Shown here piece after piece: positions 11,101 through 23,339 of a stretch of 64,000 bases of DNA. Source of the DNA: Octopus sinensis (lineage: Eukaryota); the NCBI RefSeq assembly GCF_006345805.1, contig NC_042999.1, forward strand, positions 126,790,001-126,854,000, written 5' to 3'. Under the pieces are notes generated by a model. The model did not search any database. It was not told where the DNA came from and saw only the letters and a list, made by a program, of their open reading frames with translations. Each line of letters opens with the position of its first letter. Positions within the stretch are counted from its first letter, which is position 1. The position numbers and the translations under genes are program-made.

Positions 11101-13014
11101 ATATATATTTTGAAGCTGGTTAGGGAAGGCACAGTTTATACTGTATACTCCAGTACTTTATGTTATTGATACTAAAAGGATGAAAAACAAAGGTGACCAC
11201 AACATGATTTGAAATCAGAATGTAAAGTGCCAGGATAAATGCTGCAATGCCTTTTTTCAGTGCTCTAACAATTCTGCCACCCACCCTGCTTTCTAAAGAT
11301 TTTTGCTAACCCACTTATTATATGTCACTCCATACTCTTTTTAATTTTTCTTTAGTTAGTAAAGCATGTAAACTAGTGTCCTTATAAAATATATTTACTA
11401 TTGAAATGGGTTAATACTTGTTTATTACTTGTCTGTGTTGATCCAAGTTCATTGTTTGTCATTGCTTACATTCACATTTAACCTGAGAATCTTTGGGTAC
11501 GTTTGTAAAAAAAAAAAGTATTACTTTTATCCTTACTGTTTCTTTTACTTGCTTTGAAGTCAGAAAATGTGTAGGAGTTCATGTGTATGAGTGTTAAAAA
11601 ATGAAAATGAAAATGAAAGTACATGCATTATATGAAAGTCTATAATGTCTGAGCTAAGGACTGTTTCAATTTGTTTTCACTTCACTCTAACAAAGTTCTC
11701 TTGCTGCAAGTCTTTCATCTTGACATTAATGAACAGTGAAGTCTTAGAATTGTACAGGTCTGGGTAGGGATGGCAGGAAGGTAAGTCTTCTTGTTTTACT
11801 GGTTGGAGAAGGCACTGGTAAGATGTTGTTTCTATTGTTGCTTGTGATGCTATTAAAGTTAGACCTTTCTTCTTTTCCCTTTATTATGGGAAGGCCTTTA
11901 GATGATTGGGAACAACACATATGTTTACCTGGGCATTCTGTTTTCAACCACTTGGTACTGTGGTATGTTGGTATTGTGTGGTAGTTTGATCACAGGGGGA
12001 ATCTTTTCAAACTTTTCTGATCGTTTGGAGTAGGTACCTTTCTTCTTATCCCTGACAGATTCTTCAGGTGCAACTGGAGTAATCTTAGGATAGGTGCCTC
12101 ATCCAGTTTATTAGTCATAACTGACCTACTACTTTCATCTTTGTCACTTGCTGGTTAAAATACAAAAGAATGAAAGGAAACTCTTCACTCTTTACTGGTT
12201 CATTGCCTCTCATTCAGAGAGAAATCTAATAGTCACCATTCTGTATTACTTGTTAGTGACAAAGGTTTTCTGTTTTGATATTTCATTCAGGTGCTCATCT
12301 ACTTAGTCATGATAACTTTTTATGTTTATGAACTTGTATATTACCATGCATATTTCATTTGATTAATATCATATATCTAAAATTCTGACCTCAGTGAAAG
12401 CAATTTATTTGGTGCAGTATATAAATTATTACTGATTTCTCATCTAAGCAGCAACCCATATTATGAAAGAAGAGGAGAAATATGATTTGTTTTAATCTAT
12501 TGATCACTGAGAATTTAAAAGCCCTTTTTATGAATAACCTTCTGGATCATCATAAATACCATAATCTATTATGGTATTTATGATACAAAGGGTGTAGAGA
12601 TTTAATTTCAGTTACATGCTGAATGAGGGAAATATAATATGAAATCATAATAAATCTTAGGTCTGTCATGAGCTTATAGTTTCATTAGTTTGGAGCTAAC
12701 CCCAGTTTCTATGATACTTCTGGGATGCTAGTTTGTCATAGGTTTAACTTCTGCTTTTGCTGGTACTCATTTTCAGCAGAACAGAGTGAAGCAACATGAA
12801 ATAAACCCAATTAATGGACAGTGTTTAAGAAAAGACAACTATACTTTATTGAAACACAGTAAATGCATGGGCACATCAAAAGTATTTACTAGTCTGAACT
12901 AGTAGTCCTTTGATGAGATGAGTTGCCTTTCCTCACCTGCCTAAGAAACAGGGATGGTAAAAAGAAAGCAATATAATTCATCCCTTTTTCAGTTCTGCTT
13001 TGATAACTGTACTG

Positions 13015-14165
13015 CTCCAAAATGGTAAAATTACCAGCAATATTTCCTTTTTCAAAGTGGGCAACAATACATCATCTATTAAATATCATCCATTATTTAT
13101 CGACCAGTCAGTCTCATTAGATGTATCTCCTAATCAATGGAGTCCTGTGTAAGAAAGACACTCTAGAACTTCTGGAATTCTAACAACCTCATTGGACCCT
13201 CACAATTTGAATTTATCGCTAATTCCAACTGCTGTGGCGAATTCATTGAATTTCTTGATGACCTACTTGAATCACATATGGTAGCTCAAGGGTGGATGCT
13301 AACTATCTCAATTTCACCAAAACCTTTAATTCTGTGCTATGCAAATGACTCTCTGCAAGAGCTAGTCTTTGTATCTGACCAAGTCCTTCATTCTTGGTTG
13401 GAAAGAAGTTGTCACAGTGCTGGGACAACATTCTGCACTCTGTGCCATGGCATCTGGAATTCTGCTGGGATCTATTCTTGGTCTCTTGTTGTTTGCTACA
13501 TATATATTAATGAAATGAATGCCAACCTGAAAATGTGTTACATGTTAAAACATGCAGAAATGTCAAGCTGTACCTTAAGATGAAAAGAACAGATCCTATA
13601 CACTACAGACCTTTTTTGCAACAAAAACTCGAGCATAATGCAGCAATGGGTTGCCAAATAGGAACTCAAGCTGGCTGTAGACAAGTGCATTACTATACAT
13701 TTTGTGGAGGTGGAGATCTGGAATTTACCTAGTCCTTTCACAATATCAACGTTAAGAGGTCTGCTGGACAACATGACCTAGGCATTATTGTAAACAATGA
13801 TCAACATTGGACAGACCATATTTCTAAAATTGCCTTAGTGTTACTCAATGAGACCATTGTCAGTCATTCACTGACTATCTATTTAAAGCTATATATGGCT
13901 GTGGTGCAGTCACAGTTTGCATCACCAGTCATTAGTCCTCCAACTTGTTCAGACTATTGATCTACTGGAAGCTGTCTAGAGAAAAGAAATCTGATGAATA
14001 CTCTCCATCTGTCACTTTACATATCTTGAATGTCTTGCTTCTCTGGGCATTGGCATCCTGAAGTTTCAACATCTAGCAGCTGACTTGGTAGAAACCCACA
14101 AAATTATCCTCCTTTCTTTTCGAATTCAATATCTTTACCACCTGTGAACACACTTACAAAATAAA
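13015..14165 (+). mobile_element. Old decayed CR1-type LINE RT, same family as 50056-53057
   Basis: GTCACAGTGCTGGGACAACATTC (VTVLGQHS), AATGCCAACCTGAAA, AAAAGAACAGATCCT (KRTDP) and AAGCTGGCTGTAGACAAGTG match the 50-51 kb RT. Confidence 0.8.
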
Positions 14166-14303
14166 AAAAAATTGAATTTGTTGCTTTGACAGAGATATTC
14201 CAATATTCATCTATTCTGCAGTGGCCTATGAAAGGATTAATTCTATAGAACTTGTAATTTACTGTAAAAGTGAGCTGTGGTGCCTTGTGTCACTTGTTTG
14301 TAG

Positions 14304-15939
14304 CCGAGGTGGGCACCGTTAATTGAAAAGTTAACTTTGTTAATTGTTAATTCGTTGACCAAAATGTTAACTTCGATAACCGTTAATCAGTTAATTCTTT
14401 AAAAATGTAATGGAAGTTATCGATAAACTGATAACACAAATTTTTATTATAGAAAAAAGAAATCAGCTTTTGCTCTTAAACCGCTGAAAAACACCTTTAA
14501 AAAGTGCCAAAACGATAAGATCAGCCATTTTTGGCTTTAGGACCCAAAAACGTTAGTTTCTTTTTTTTTTGGTTTAGAGTTAAAGAATGCTGATTTTCTA
14601 GTTTTAACTTAGAAAGACCTAAAAAATAGGCTGATTTCGTAGTTTTGGCCCTTATTTAGGTTTTTAAAGACTTTAAAGCAAGAAAAGGGCAAAAAAAAAA
14701 AAAAAACCTCAAATGAAACAATATTAAATATTAAATTAAAACAGTTTATTGATAAAGTAACCGTAAAAAAATAAAAATAAAATATGAAAAGCACGATACA
14801 TACTGTAGTGGCCATAACATAAGAGTCACTAAGAACAAGTGTATTGAAATAGTTATTATAGAAGATAAACAACACGTCGAGACTAGATATTTTACACATA
14901 GTCAGATACATCAAATATCTATTTTTCGTGAAAATTCGAAGTGAATGGAATAAAAATTTCGTAAGTTATGAGGAAATAAACAAACAATCTTTCAAATTGC
15001 AGCAGCCAAAAGTTAAGGGTCACTTAGAAAAAAAAAATGAATTACTAACCGAGGTATTTGTTGTAAAAAAATATGTAGAAAACGAATATGAAAACAAAAA
15101 TTTGCGCAAACGAACAGTGGTAGGGACTTTCGGAAAATTCACAAGATCCGATTTTTTCCCTCATAACATTAAGGAAAATGGATATCTTTTTTCCGAAGGG
15201 GTGGAGAGAGGATTGTCAGAAAGTTCATGCTGTCCGTTTTTTCCCCTCATAATTTTCAGGATCTAGTTTTGCACTCGGTCACCAAAACGAAAAAGAACCA
15301 GTCTAATAGGTGTACAAAAACGTGTAGAAAACGAATCGGAAAACAAAAAGTTGCGCAAACGAACGGGGTGGGTGGTGGGGAGAGGACTTTCAGAAAATAC
15401 ACACAATGAGTTTTTTCCCTCATAACTTGCAGGAAAACATTTTCCCCACAAATTTCTTTATAATCGCACTCAATGCCGTTTGAGAGATGTTTCTGTAAAA
15501 TTTCATTACGGATTTTCCAGAAAGTTATGGGGAAAAAAATTGGATTGTAGGAATTTTCCGAAGGTCTCTCACCCCACCGTTCGTTTGCACAAATTTTTGT
15601 TTTCGTATTCGTTTTCTATACATTTTTTTACACCTAGTACATTTTTTTTTCGTTTTGGTGACCAGGCGCTAAACTAGATCTTGAAAGTTATGAGGGAAAA
15701 AAATGGATCATATTAACTTTCTGACAGTCCTCTCCCCACCCCTTTGGAAAACATTTTCCCCACAAATTTCTTTATAATTGTAATCTATGCTGTTTGAAAG
15801 GTGTTTCTGTGAAATTTCATTAAAAGATATCCATTTTCCCAAAAGTTGTGAGGGGTAAAAATCGGATCATGTTGATTTTTCCGAAATCCTCTCCCCAGCT
15901 CTCCGAATTAATGGATTAATGGCTTGGTGCCCAGGTTTG
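14304..15939. mobile_element. Non-autonomous hAT-like DNA transposon with 8-bp TSD
   Basis: GTTTGTAG at 14296-14303 and 15940-15947; imperfect 14-bp TIR (CCGAGGTGGGCACC vs CAAACCTGGGCACC); subterminal GTTAA repeats; no transposase. Confidence 0.75.
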
Positions 15940-16054
15940 GTTTGTAGCTACGTGGACTACACAAATGAGAGTTGAGTGTCTATGTTAAATTCACAGTATA
16001 GCACCATTGATGGAATATAAACCATCTTAACAACAACAACAACAACAACAACAA

Positions 16055-16575
16055 AAATAATATGTTGGACATGAAGGTGAAAACGAAACCAGTAATAAAT
16101 GGAGCATTGAGCATGATAAAAAAAACATTTGAACAAAAATGTAGAAGCTATACCAGAATCCTCATGACTACACATCATCTGTAAAATAACCCTGCTAGGA
16201 ACAGCCCACATACAACCTAAACAAAACAATTCACATACATAGGATACTTTCTATACAAGAAATATCCAATGAAATGAATGAATACCAGCAGGCTGGATAT
16301 CCACTGAATTACACACCCAACACAAAATACAAACACTAATATAACAAAAGACTGCACCACACTTCATAAAGACCTGGAGAAGATTCTAACTGGGCCTCAC
16401 CTGCAAGGTCATGCACTGTTTATCTTGATATGAAATCACGCATATATGTCACACATATATTGTTGTGATGCATGTGTCTGGTGTACCCTTATCAGATGTG
16501 CAGTCATGATTGGTATATTGGGCTTCGTATATTTATACCCCAGTGTTACTTTGATGGCATGTGCCGCTCTTTTGC

Positions 16576-16635
<60 letters not shown>
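16055..16635 (+). mobile_element. R4/Dong-like LINE 3' end(s) with (AAT)n tail
   Basis: MKVKTKPVINGALSMIKK..CKITLLGTAHI, a typical R4/Dong terminus; UTR-like 16440-16577 followed by (AAT)n. Confidence 0.55.
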
Positions 16636-16820
16636 GGAGGAGGAGCAGGTGGAGGAGAAGGAGGTGGTGATGGTGGTGAAGGAGAATAAGAAGAGGAGGT
16701 GGTAGTGGAAGATGAGGAGGAGGCTGTGGAAGAGGAGGAGGAGGAGGAGGAGAAGAAGAAGAAAAAGAAGAAGAAGAAGAAGAAGAAGAAGAAGAAGAAG
16801 AAGAAGAAGAAGAAGAAGAA
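16578..16820. repeat. Compound (AAT)n/(GGA)n/(GAA)n microsatellite
   Basis: Directly visible. Confidence 0.95.
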
Positions 16821-16959
16821 GATAGATTGATGGATGTATAGATAAGGTGATTCACCTATAAAAAATTAAGATAGACTTATAGGAAGATAGTACAAGCAAT
16901 ATATATATATATTCTGGCCATTGATAAAATATTTTCCTGAAAAAAATTTTATCCTATAT

Positions 16960-17014
16960 CAATTATATATATATATATAGGTATGTATGTATGTATATAT
17001 ATATATAATATATA

Positions 17015-17060
<46 letters not shown>

Positions 17061-17070
17061 CACATACATA

Positions 17071-17112
<42 letters not shown>

Positions 17113-17156
17113 TATGTATGTATGTATATATATATATATATATACATACATACATA

Positions 17157-17233
<77 letters not shown>

Positions 17234-17276
17234 TATGTATGTATGTATATATATATAGGTATGTATGTATGTATAT

Positions 17277-17341
<65 letters not shown>

Positions 17342-17347
17342 TACATA

Positions 17348-17392
<45 letters not shown>

Positions 17393-17401
17393 TATATATA
17401 G
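16960..17401. repeat. (TA)n array punctuated by GGTATGTATGTATG in both orientations
   Basis: Directly visible. Confidence 0.9.
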
Positions 17402-18456
17402 GCTGCCACATGCATGCATATATGGATGGATAGACATGTTAATAGCCTAACTCAAATGATTTTTTTAGAAAAAAGTCTTTTAATTAAATAAAACATGATA
17501 CATAAGGAAAATTAATAGTTTTTTTTTTTCATCTGTATTTGACCGAGAAAAATATTTCATTACAATTCTTGAAATTCTATATAAGTGGCATAGAGTAAAT
17601 GTAAACTTTTAGTGAGTTGAATTTGTGAACCAGTTTCAATTCGTAATTGGAGATATTTCAGTCTGCCCACATCACTAATGCTTTAGATAGAGACATGAAC
17701 TTCACAGAATGTCACTCCTCACCCTACTCCTTTTTTGCTACCTAAACCTGAGCTGGCATGTCTATGTGAACCATGAATTCTTAAAGTTTTATTCTTCTAT
17801 GGTTCTTAAACTGTAGATTCTCATCTTAATCTTTGTCATTTGATCTATCTGTAAGTTACTATGAGCAAAATAATGTGTTGCATATTTACTGTTAATACAT
17901 ATAATATGGCTTAGATTTTCAAAGGTCTTTTGGGAGTCATTTCCTGGAATTGGAGTACTGCCAACCCATCATATTGTGTTGAAATTTATATGTGAGAAAC
18001 ATTTTTGTTCAGAGCTTACAGCTTTTCATTTCCATATAGGAATCAGTAAAGCATTTCTTTGGGTGCTGACGTATATTAAACATCAAGGAAAGAAAAAAAA
18101 AACAAGAAAAAAATGCAACAAGAAAAGATGACATTTTGCTTTGATGGAAATAAATACATCGTTTTACTCAGTGCTGTTCACTGAAATTATGTGTGTGCCA
18201 TAGAGCTGTGATAAGCTCTCAGCAAGGCAATTCTGCAAAGCAGACTCAATCTCTGCTTCAGCAATTTCATTTTATATACGTTTTGTCTCTCTCCTCTCCT
18301 CTCCTTGGGATTTCCAACTGTTGAAAATTCCTTTTTCTCAAATATCATTTTTTGAAAAATTAATTATGAAAATAAAGGCATGTCCAATCTTCTAACATGA
18401 GACCGTTTGTTTTTCCACCGAAAGCCCTTGAGTTTATGTCCCCAACACCACCGTGT

Positions 18457-18700
18457 GGAGGTGCATGGCTTAGTGGTTAGTGTTTTGGATTGATGATCAT
18501 AAGATTGTGGTTTCGATTCTTGAACTGGGCAGCACAATTGTGTTCTTGAGCAAAACACTTCATTTGATGTTGCTCCAGTCAACTCAGCTGGCAAAAATGA
18601 GTAATTCTGCAATGGACTGGCATCCTGTCCAGGTGAGGAATGTATACGCCATGGAAACTGGGAAACCGGCCCTTATCAGTTGGTATGACCAGAGAAGGAA
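18457..18700 (+). mobile_element. SINE family C (tRNA head, GTGTTCTTGAGCAAAACACT core)
   Basis: A-box-like TGGCTTAGTGG, B-box-like GTTTCGATTC, core shared with 22441 and 59004. Confidence 0.75.
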
Positions 18701-18863
18701 ACTTTTTTGCCCACCACCACCTCCTATACAGGCTTTTACTGCAAACCCAAATGTGTTACCTCAACAAAAGTATCACCTGGAGCAGATTACCCCTGATTCC
18801 AGCTATACTACTACCTGTGTGCGAAATCAACTGAGATAAAGTTGACTAGAATGCATACTACAG

Positions 18864-19081
18864 AAGGTGGTGAACTGGCAGAAACATTAGCATGCCAGGC
18901 GATATGCTTAGCAGTATTTCGTCTGTCTTTATGTTCTGAGTTCAAATTCCACTGAGGTTGACTTTGCTTTTCATCCTTTTGGGGTTGATGAATTAAGTAC
19001 CAGTTGTGTACTGGGGTCGATCTAATTGACTGGCCCCTGCCCCAAAATTTTGGGCCTTGTGCCTAGAGTAAAAAAAGAATA
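18864..19081 (+). mobile_element. SINE family A, near full length
   Basis: GGTGGTGAACTGGCAGAA..GAGTTCAAATTCC (B-box)..GACTTTGCTTTTCATCCTTTTGGGG..GGGCCTTGTGCCTAGAG. Confidence 0.9.
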
Positions 19082-19535
19082 TTAACCCTACAGTTATTAA
19101 CAGTTGTGTATTGAAGTACAATGATGTGGATATAGATTTTTAGAATTTCATCATCACTAACTACAGAACAGAACAGGAAAAAATGTTATGCAGTGGAATT
19201 CTAGAATCAGAAATGAACTGTATGGAGAATTTAACTAATGCTGTACTTTTGTCATGAAAACTTACTACTGAAATCACATATTTAAAAATGTATGCTCAAT
19301 AACTAGGCTAACTATAGAGTATATATATATAGAATAAGTAACTATGTAATATAAGTTGTTGTATAACTATTTATTGTAGGCATAGAGTTGGTGGCTATTA
19401 TTATATAAGTTGCTAGTGTTATTGCTTATCTCTTTGTCAGCTCTCACTATTCCATTATTTCCTTCAGTATTGCACATCCAGGACTACCCTTTCTTTCCCC
19501 CTTTTCTTTTCGGTATTATTTGATTCTTTCACCCA

Positions 19536-19670
19536 CACTATTTTCACTAAGGAAAAAAAAAATCGGGTTTTTTCTGAACAAAAATAAGGGGTTTGCAGCA
19601 TATTAGGAAGTCAGGGTACTTGATTCCATGCAAAAAATCCGAATTTATTTTTTTCTTAGTGAAAATTGTG
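19536..19670. mobile_element. Small MITE-like inverted repeat
   Basis: TTTTCACTAAGGAAAA..TCGGGTTTTTT is inverted relative to AAAAAATCCGA..TTTTCTTAGTGAAAA. Confidence 0.55.
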
Positions 19671-20101
19671 CAAATGAAAATCACAAAATTAAATTTAGTT
19701 TTAACTAGGATTTAAATTTAGCTAGTATATTACAAATCTGACACTTTCTTCTGGTACATAGTGATATTAAATATCAAAGATAATTTATATTAGTACAGAA
19801 CAGAGATTTGAGAATGAATTAAAATGATAAAACTGTGAACTAGCTTACATCATAACTCAGTCTATGTGCACTAAGCAAAACTTTCAGTATTCATTAAGCT
19901 AATGTGGGATGGTGGCGGAACTTGAATGCTTTTGAACCACCATGCTTGCTGCACCCCTGAAATACAGTAAGCTATTGATGGTAACTTCATCAGTAGTCAA
20001 CATTCTGGTTAAATAGTTTTGAACAATTACAATCAAATAATAATAGAGTAAACAGGAGGATAACTATTAAATATATTAGTATCACTCTCATTTTTTGACA
20101 C

Positions 20102-21896
20102 ATGTATATGTCACTGCTTTTTACTGAGAAATTGAAAGGAACATATTATGAAAAGGCCCAACAGTACAGTCAGCAGAAAATAATGAGAGACCTAAAATCC
20201 ATGTTAATCCTATACAAAGAAGGGCTCATTGACAAAGAATATGACTATATGACCAATTTCAAAAGTAAAACCAGTCAATTCTATGGTATTCCCAAGATAC
20301 ACAAAAGTGAGAAAATAAGTAATGCATGCAAGATAGCCACAGACAATAATCAAAGTCCCTACTCCCAATGACCTCAAATTGAGACCTATAATAGCAGGTC
20401 CCGCATGCGAAACCCACTGCCTCAGTAACTTTTTAGATATCCTCTTAAAACCATTCCTCAAGCATGTCAAAAGCTATATAAGGGACGACCTGGATATGCT
20501 CAATCACCTTCCTAAAACAATAAACAAAAACATCCTACTAGTATCCTTCAATGTTGTCAACCTCTATTCCAATATCCCCCACAACCTAGGAATAGAGGCA
20601 ATTCAATTCTGGCACATCAAAAAAGAATTCGTGATAGAAGGGCTAAAATTCATCCTGGAAAATAACTACTTCGTCTTCAAAGACAACTTTTACCAACAAA
20701 AATCGGGGACTGCAATGGGTATGAGAATGGCCCCCACCTTTGCTAACCTAGTCATGGGATATCTAGAAATTAGTCTTTATTGTAAGGTTCTAGAAAAATA
20801 TAGCAGCCCAATCTCCCTCTACATAGAAAATAACTTGAAGAGATACCTGGATGACTGTTTCATTCTTTGGCATGAAAATAAAGAGAAACTTAAAGAATTC
20901 CAAGCACTTTTAAATGGACCTGACGTAAACATTCAATTTACGATGGAATATAGCCAGCAACAACTTCCCTTCCTCGACATCCTCATTAAGAAATCTAAGA
21001 GCGTAATAGAAACAGATATATACTATAAGCCTACGGACACCAAGCAATATCTACCATTCAAATCATGCCACCCCAGACACACCAGAATGAATATCCTCTT
21101 TCAACCTAGCAAAAAGGATATGTACTATAGTTTCTAATGTAAACACCAGAGACACACAACCACATGAACTAAAAGATACACTCATCACCAGGAACTACCC
21201 GCCTTCACTAATTGACATGCTTTCAATAGGCCCTTCAACTGAACATCCAGGAGCTCAGACATCCCAAATTAAAGAAAGATTTACAACCAAAAGCTCTACC
21301 ATACATTCCCACACACAACCCTCTCAACAATGAAGCCTTCGACACCATCCTCCAAAACATACCCCTGCTAAAAAAGGACCACAGAATGAACTTAATCCTC
21401 CAAACATACCATCATAAAAAGCAAAAGACAACCCAAATCTATGAAAAGTTTCCTAACACAAGCCCGAATATGTACAACAACACAGAAGCTGTCAATAAAA
21501 AAATGTGGAAGGCTCAACTGTGGGATATGCGTCAATTTAATTGAGGGATCAGAGTTCTCCTTCAAACAGGGACAACATTTCACAGTGAAAAGCAACTTCA
21601 TATGTACTTAGGAGAACCTTATATACGCACTAACCTGCTCTGGGTGTCAAGGACAATATATAGGCAAAACAAAAACAAGTCTAAGTAAAAGAATGGCTTT
21701 GCACAGATCCCAGATCAAAATTCCCCAAAACAGAAAAATAGCATTCAGCCAACACATAGACATTTGCACCAATAACAAAAATCCAAGCTTCAGAATTTTT
21801 CCCCTCAACCAATTCAGGGACGATACAACCTGGAGCCAACGAATCAATAAAGAGACTCTCTTTATTACAAAATACAGACCCCTTTTGAACAAATGA
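20102..21896 (+). mobile_element. Penelope-like element, RT plus GIY-YIG pseudogene (5' truncated, stops and frameshifts)
   Basis: FYGIPKIHK, RPIIAG, GTAMG..APTFANLVM, RYLDD, LPFLD, YYKPT, SCHP; CG..NCGIC, LIYALTCSGCQGQYIGKT..R..H..E..LN. Confidence 0.93.
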
Positions 21897-22186
21897 CATA
21901 TCCACCATGGCTTTAAAATAACACAAATACACATACAAATATAAAAAATGATTCACTCATGAGATTCTCAAGAATTCATTAAAAAACAGTCCCAATCACT
22001 GCTATAATCCATAACGAGCCAATTTTTAAGTCACTTGACTACTTAACACCTTACTACTTTCATACTACCTACATTCCTTCTTATTCTCCCTTCTCTTTCT
22101 TCTTCTCCTTCTTCTTCTTCTTCCCTACCAAGACAATCTCATGATCGTGAGTGCAATGCCCTAACCACAAAGTCATGCACCCTCAG

Positions 22187-22252
<66 letters not shown>

Positions 22253-22440
22253 TATGCGCATATATATGTATGTATGTGTATGTATGTATGTATACAGTAC
22301 TCATACATACACATGTACACACACATACAAACATGCACACACACATGCATGCACACACACACATGCACACACACACACACACACACACACATACATGTTG
22401 ATTTTGAGTGGTTTTTTTCCATACATTAAACCTTTTAAGT

Positions 22441-22760
22441 GAAGGCATGTGGCCTAGTGGTTAGGGAATTTGGCTCATGATCATAAGGTTGTGAGTTCGA
22501 TTCCTGGTGTGTTGTGTCCTTGAGCAACATACATTATTTCAAGTTACTCCAGTTCACTCAGCTGATTAAAATGGGTTGTTCCTGTATTTCAAAGGTTCAA
22601 TCTTGTCACATTCTGTGTCATACTGAATCTCCTTGAGAACTACATTAAAGGTACACGTGTTTGTGGAGTACTCAGCCACTTGCAAATTAATTTCATGAAC
22701 AGATTGTTCCATTGGTCAAATCAACTGGAATATTTGTTGTAACCAATGGAGTGCCAGTTC
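22441..22760 (+). mobile_element. SINE family C
   Basis: GGCCTAGTGGTTAGG..GAGTTCGATTCC..GTGTCCTTGAGCAA. Confidence 0.8.
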
Positions 22761-22815
22761 AACCTTTTAAACTAAATACCTGTGATTTAATCAAGAAATA
22801 TTTTAGGTTATTTTA

Positions 22816-23339
22816 TTGGGTTGTCCAGAAAGGAAAGAAAAAGGTCAATAAATACTTGCCATTATATTTTTAATCAACCAAATATGAACCATTTTGTTGC
22901 ACAATGCATCTCCATCTTTCCTTTAACTTGAAAATACCCTATTCCCAGAACTGAGGTGGTTTCATGGCAAAGAATTCATCAAGGTATCTTTTTACGTCAT
23001 CCAAGGAATTGAAATTTTTACCATTAAGACTATTCTGCAGAGACCTGAATAAGTGGAAATCCGAAGGAGCAATATCTGGTGAATATGGAGGGTGCAGCAA
23101 TTTTTGTCTGGTTCCCAAATCATCAAGTGCCGAAAATGAACTTTCTTATCTTCCATTTTAAAGGGTTACAGAATTAACACAGGTTATAGGAACATAAACC
23201 TTCTTCCATGAAAAGATAGCTTAAACTGTGCTCTAAATGGCTGTGTAGTCAAATCCTATTTTTATGAACTCAACCATGTTCTAAAATAAGTCGAAAGGTA
23301 AGCTACTATAAATCGGCACAAACTTTCTGGACAACTCAA
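22816..23339 (-). mobile_element. Internally deleted mariner (TA TSD)
   Basis: TIRs TTGGGTTGTCCAGAAAG / CTTTCTGGACAACTCAA flanked by TA; minus strand PPYSPDIAPSDFHLFRSLQN..WRCIVQQNGSY. Confidence 0.9.

Noticed and set aside
11690-11790. Plus-strand exon candidate ending at AAG|GTAAGT (11780)
   Set aside because: Stops in all three frames; only a non-coding exon is possible and nothing supports it
19960-20000. CUGAUGA plus short hairpin on the minus strand upstream of the Penelope ORF
   Set aside because: No GAAA or cleavage triplet in register
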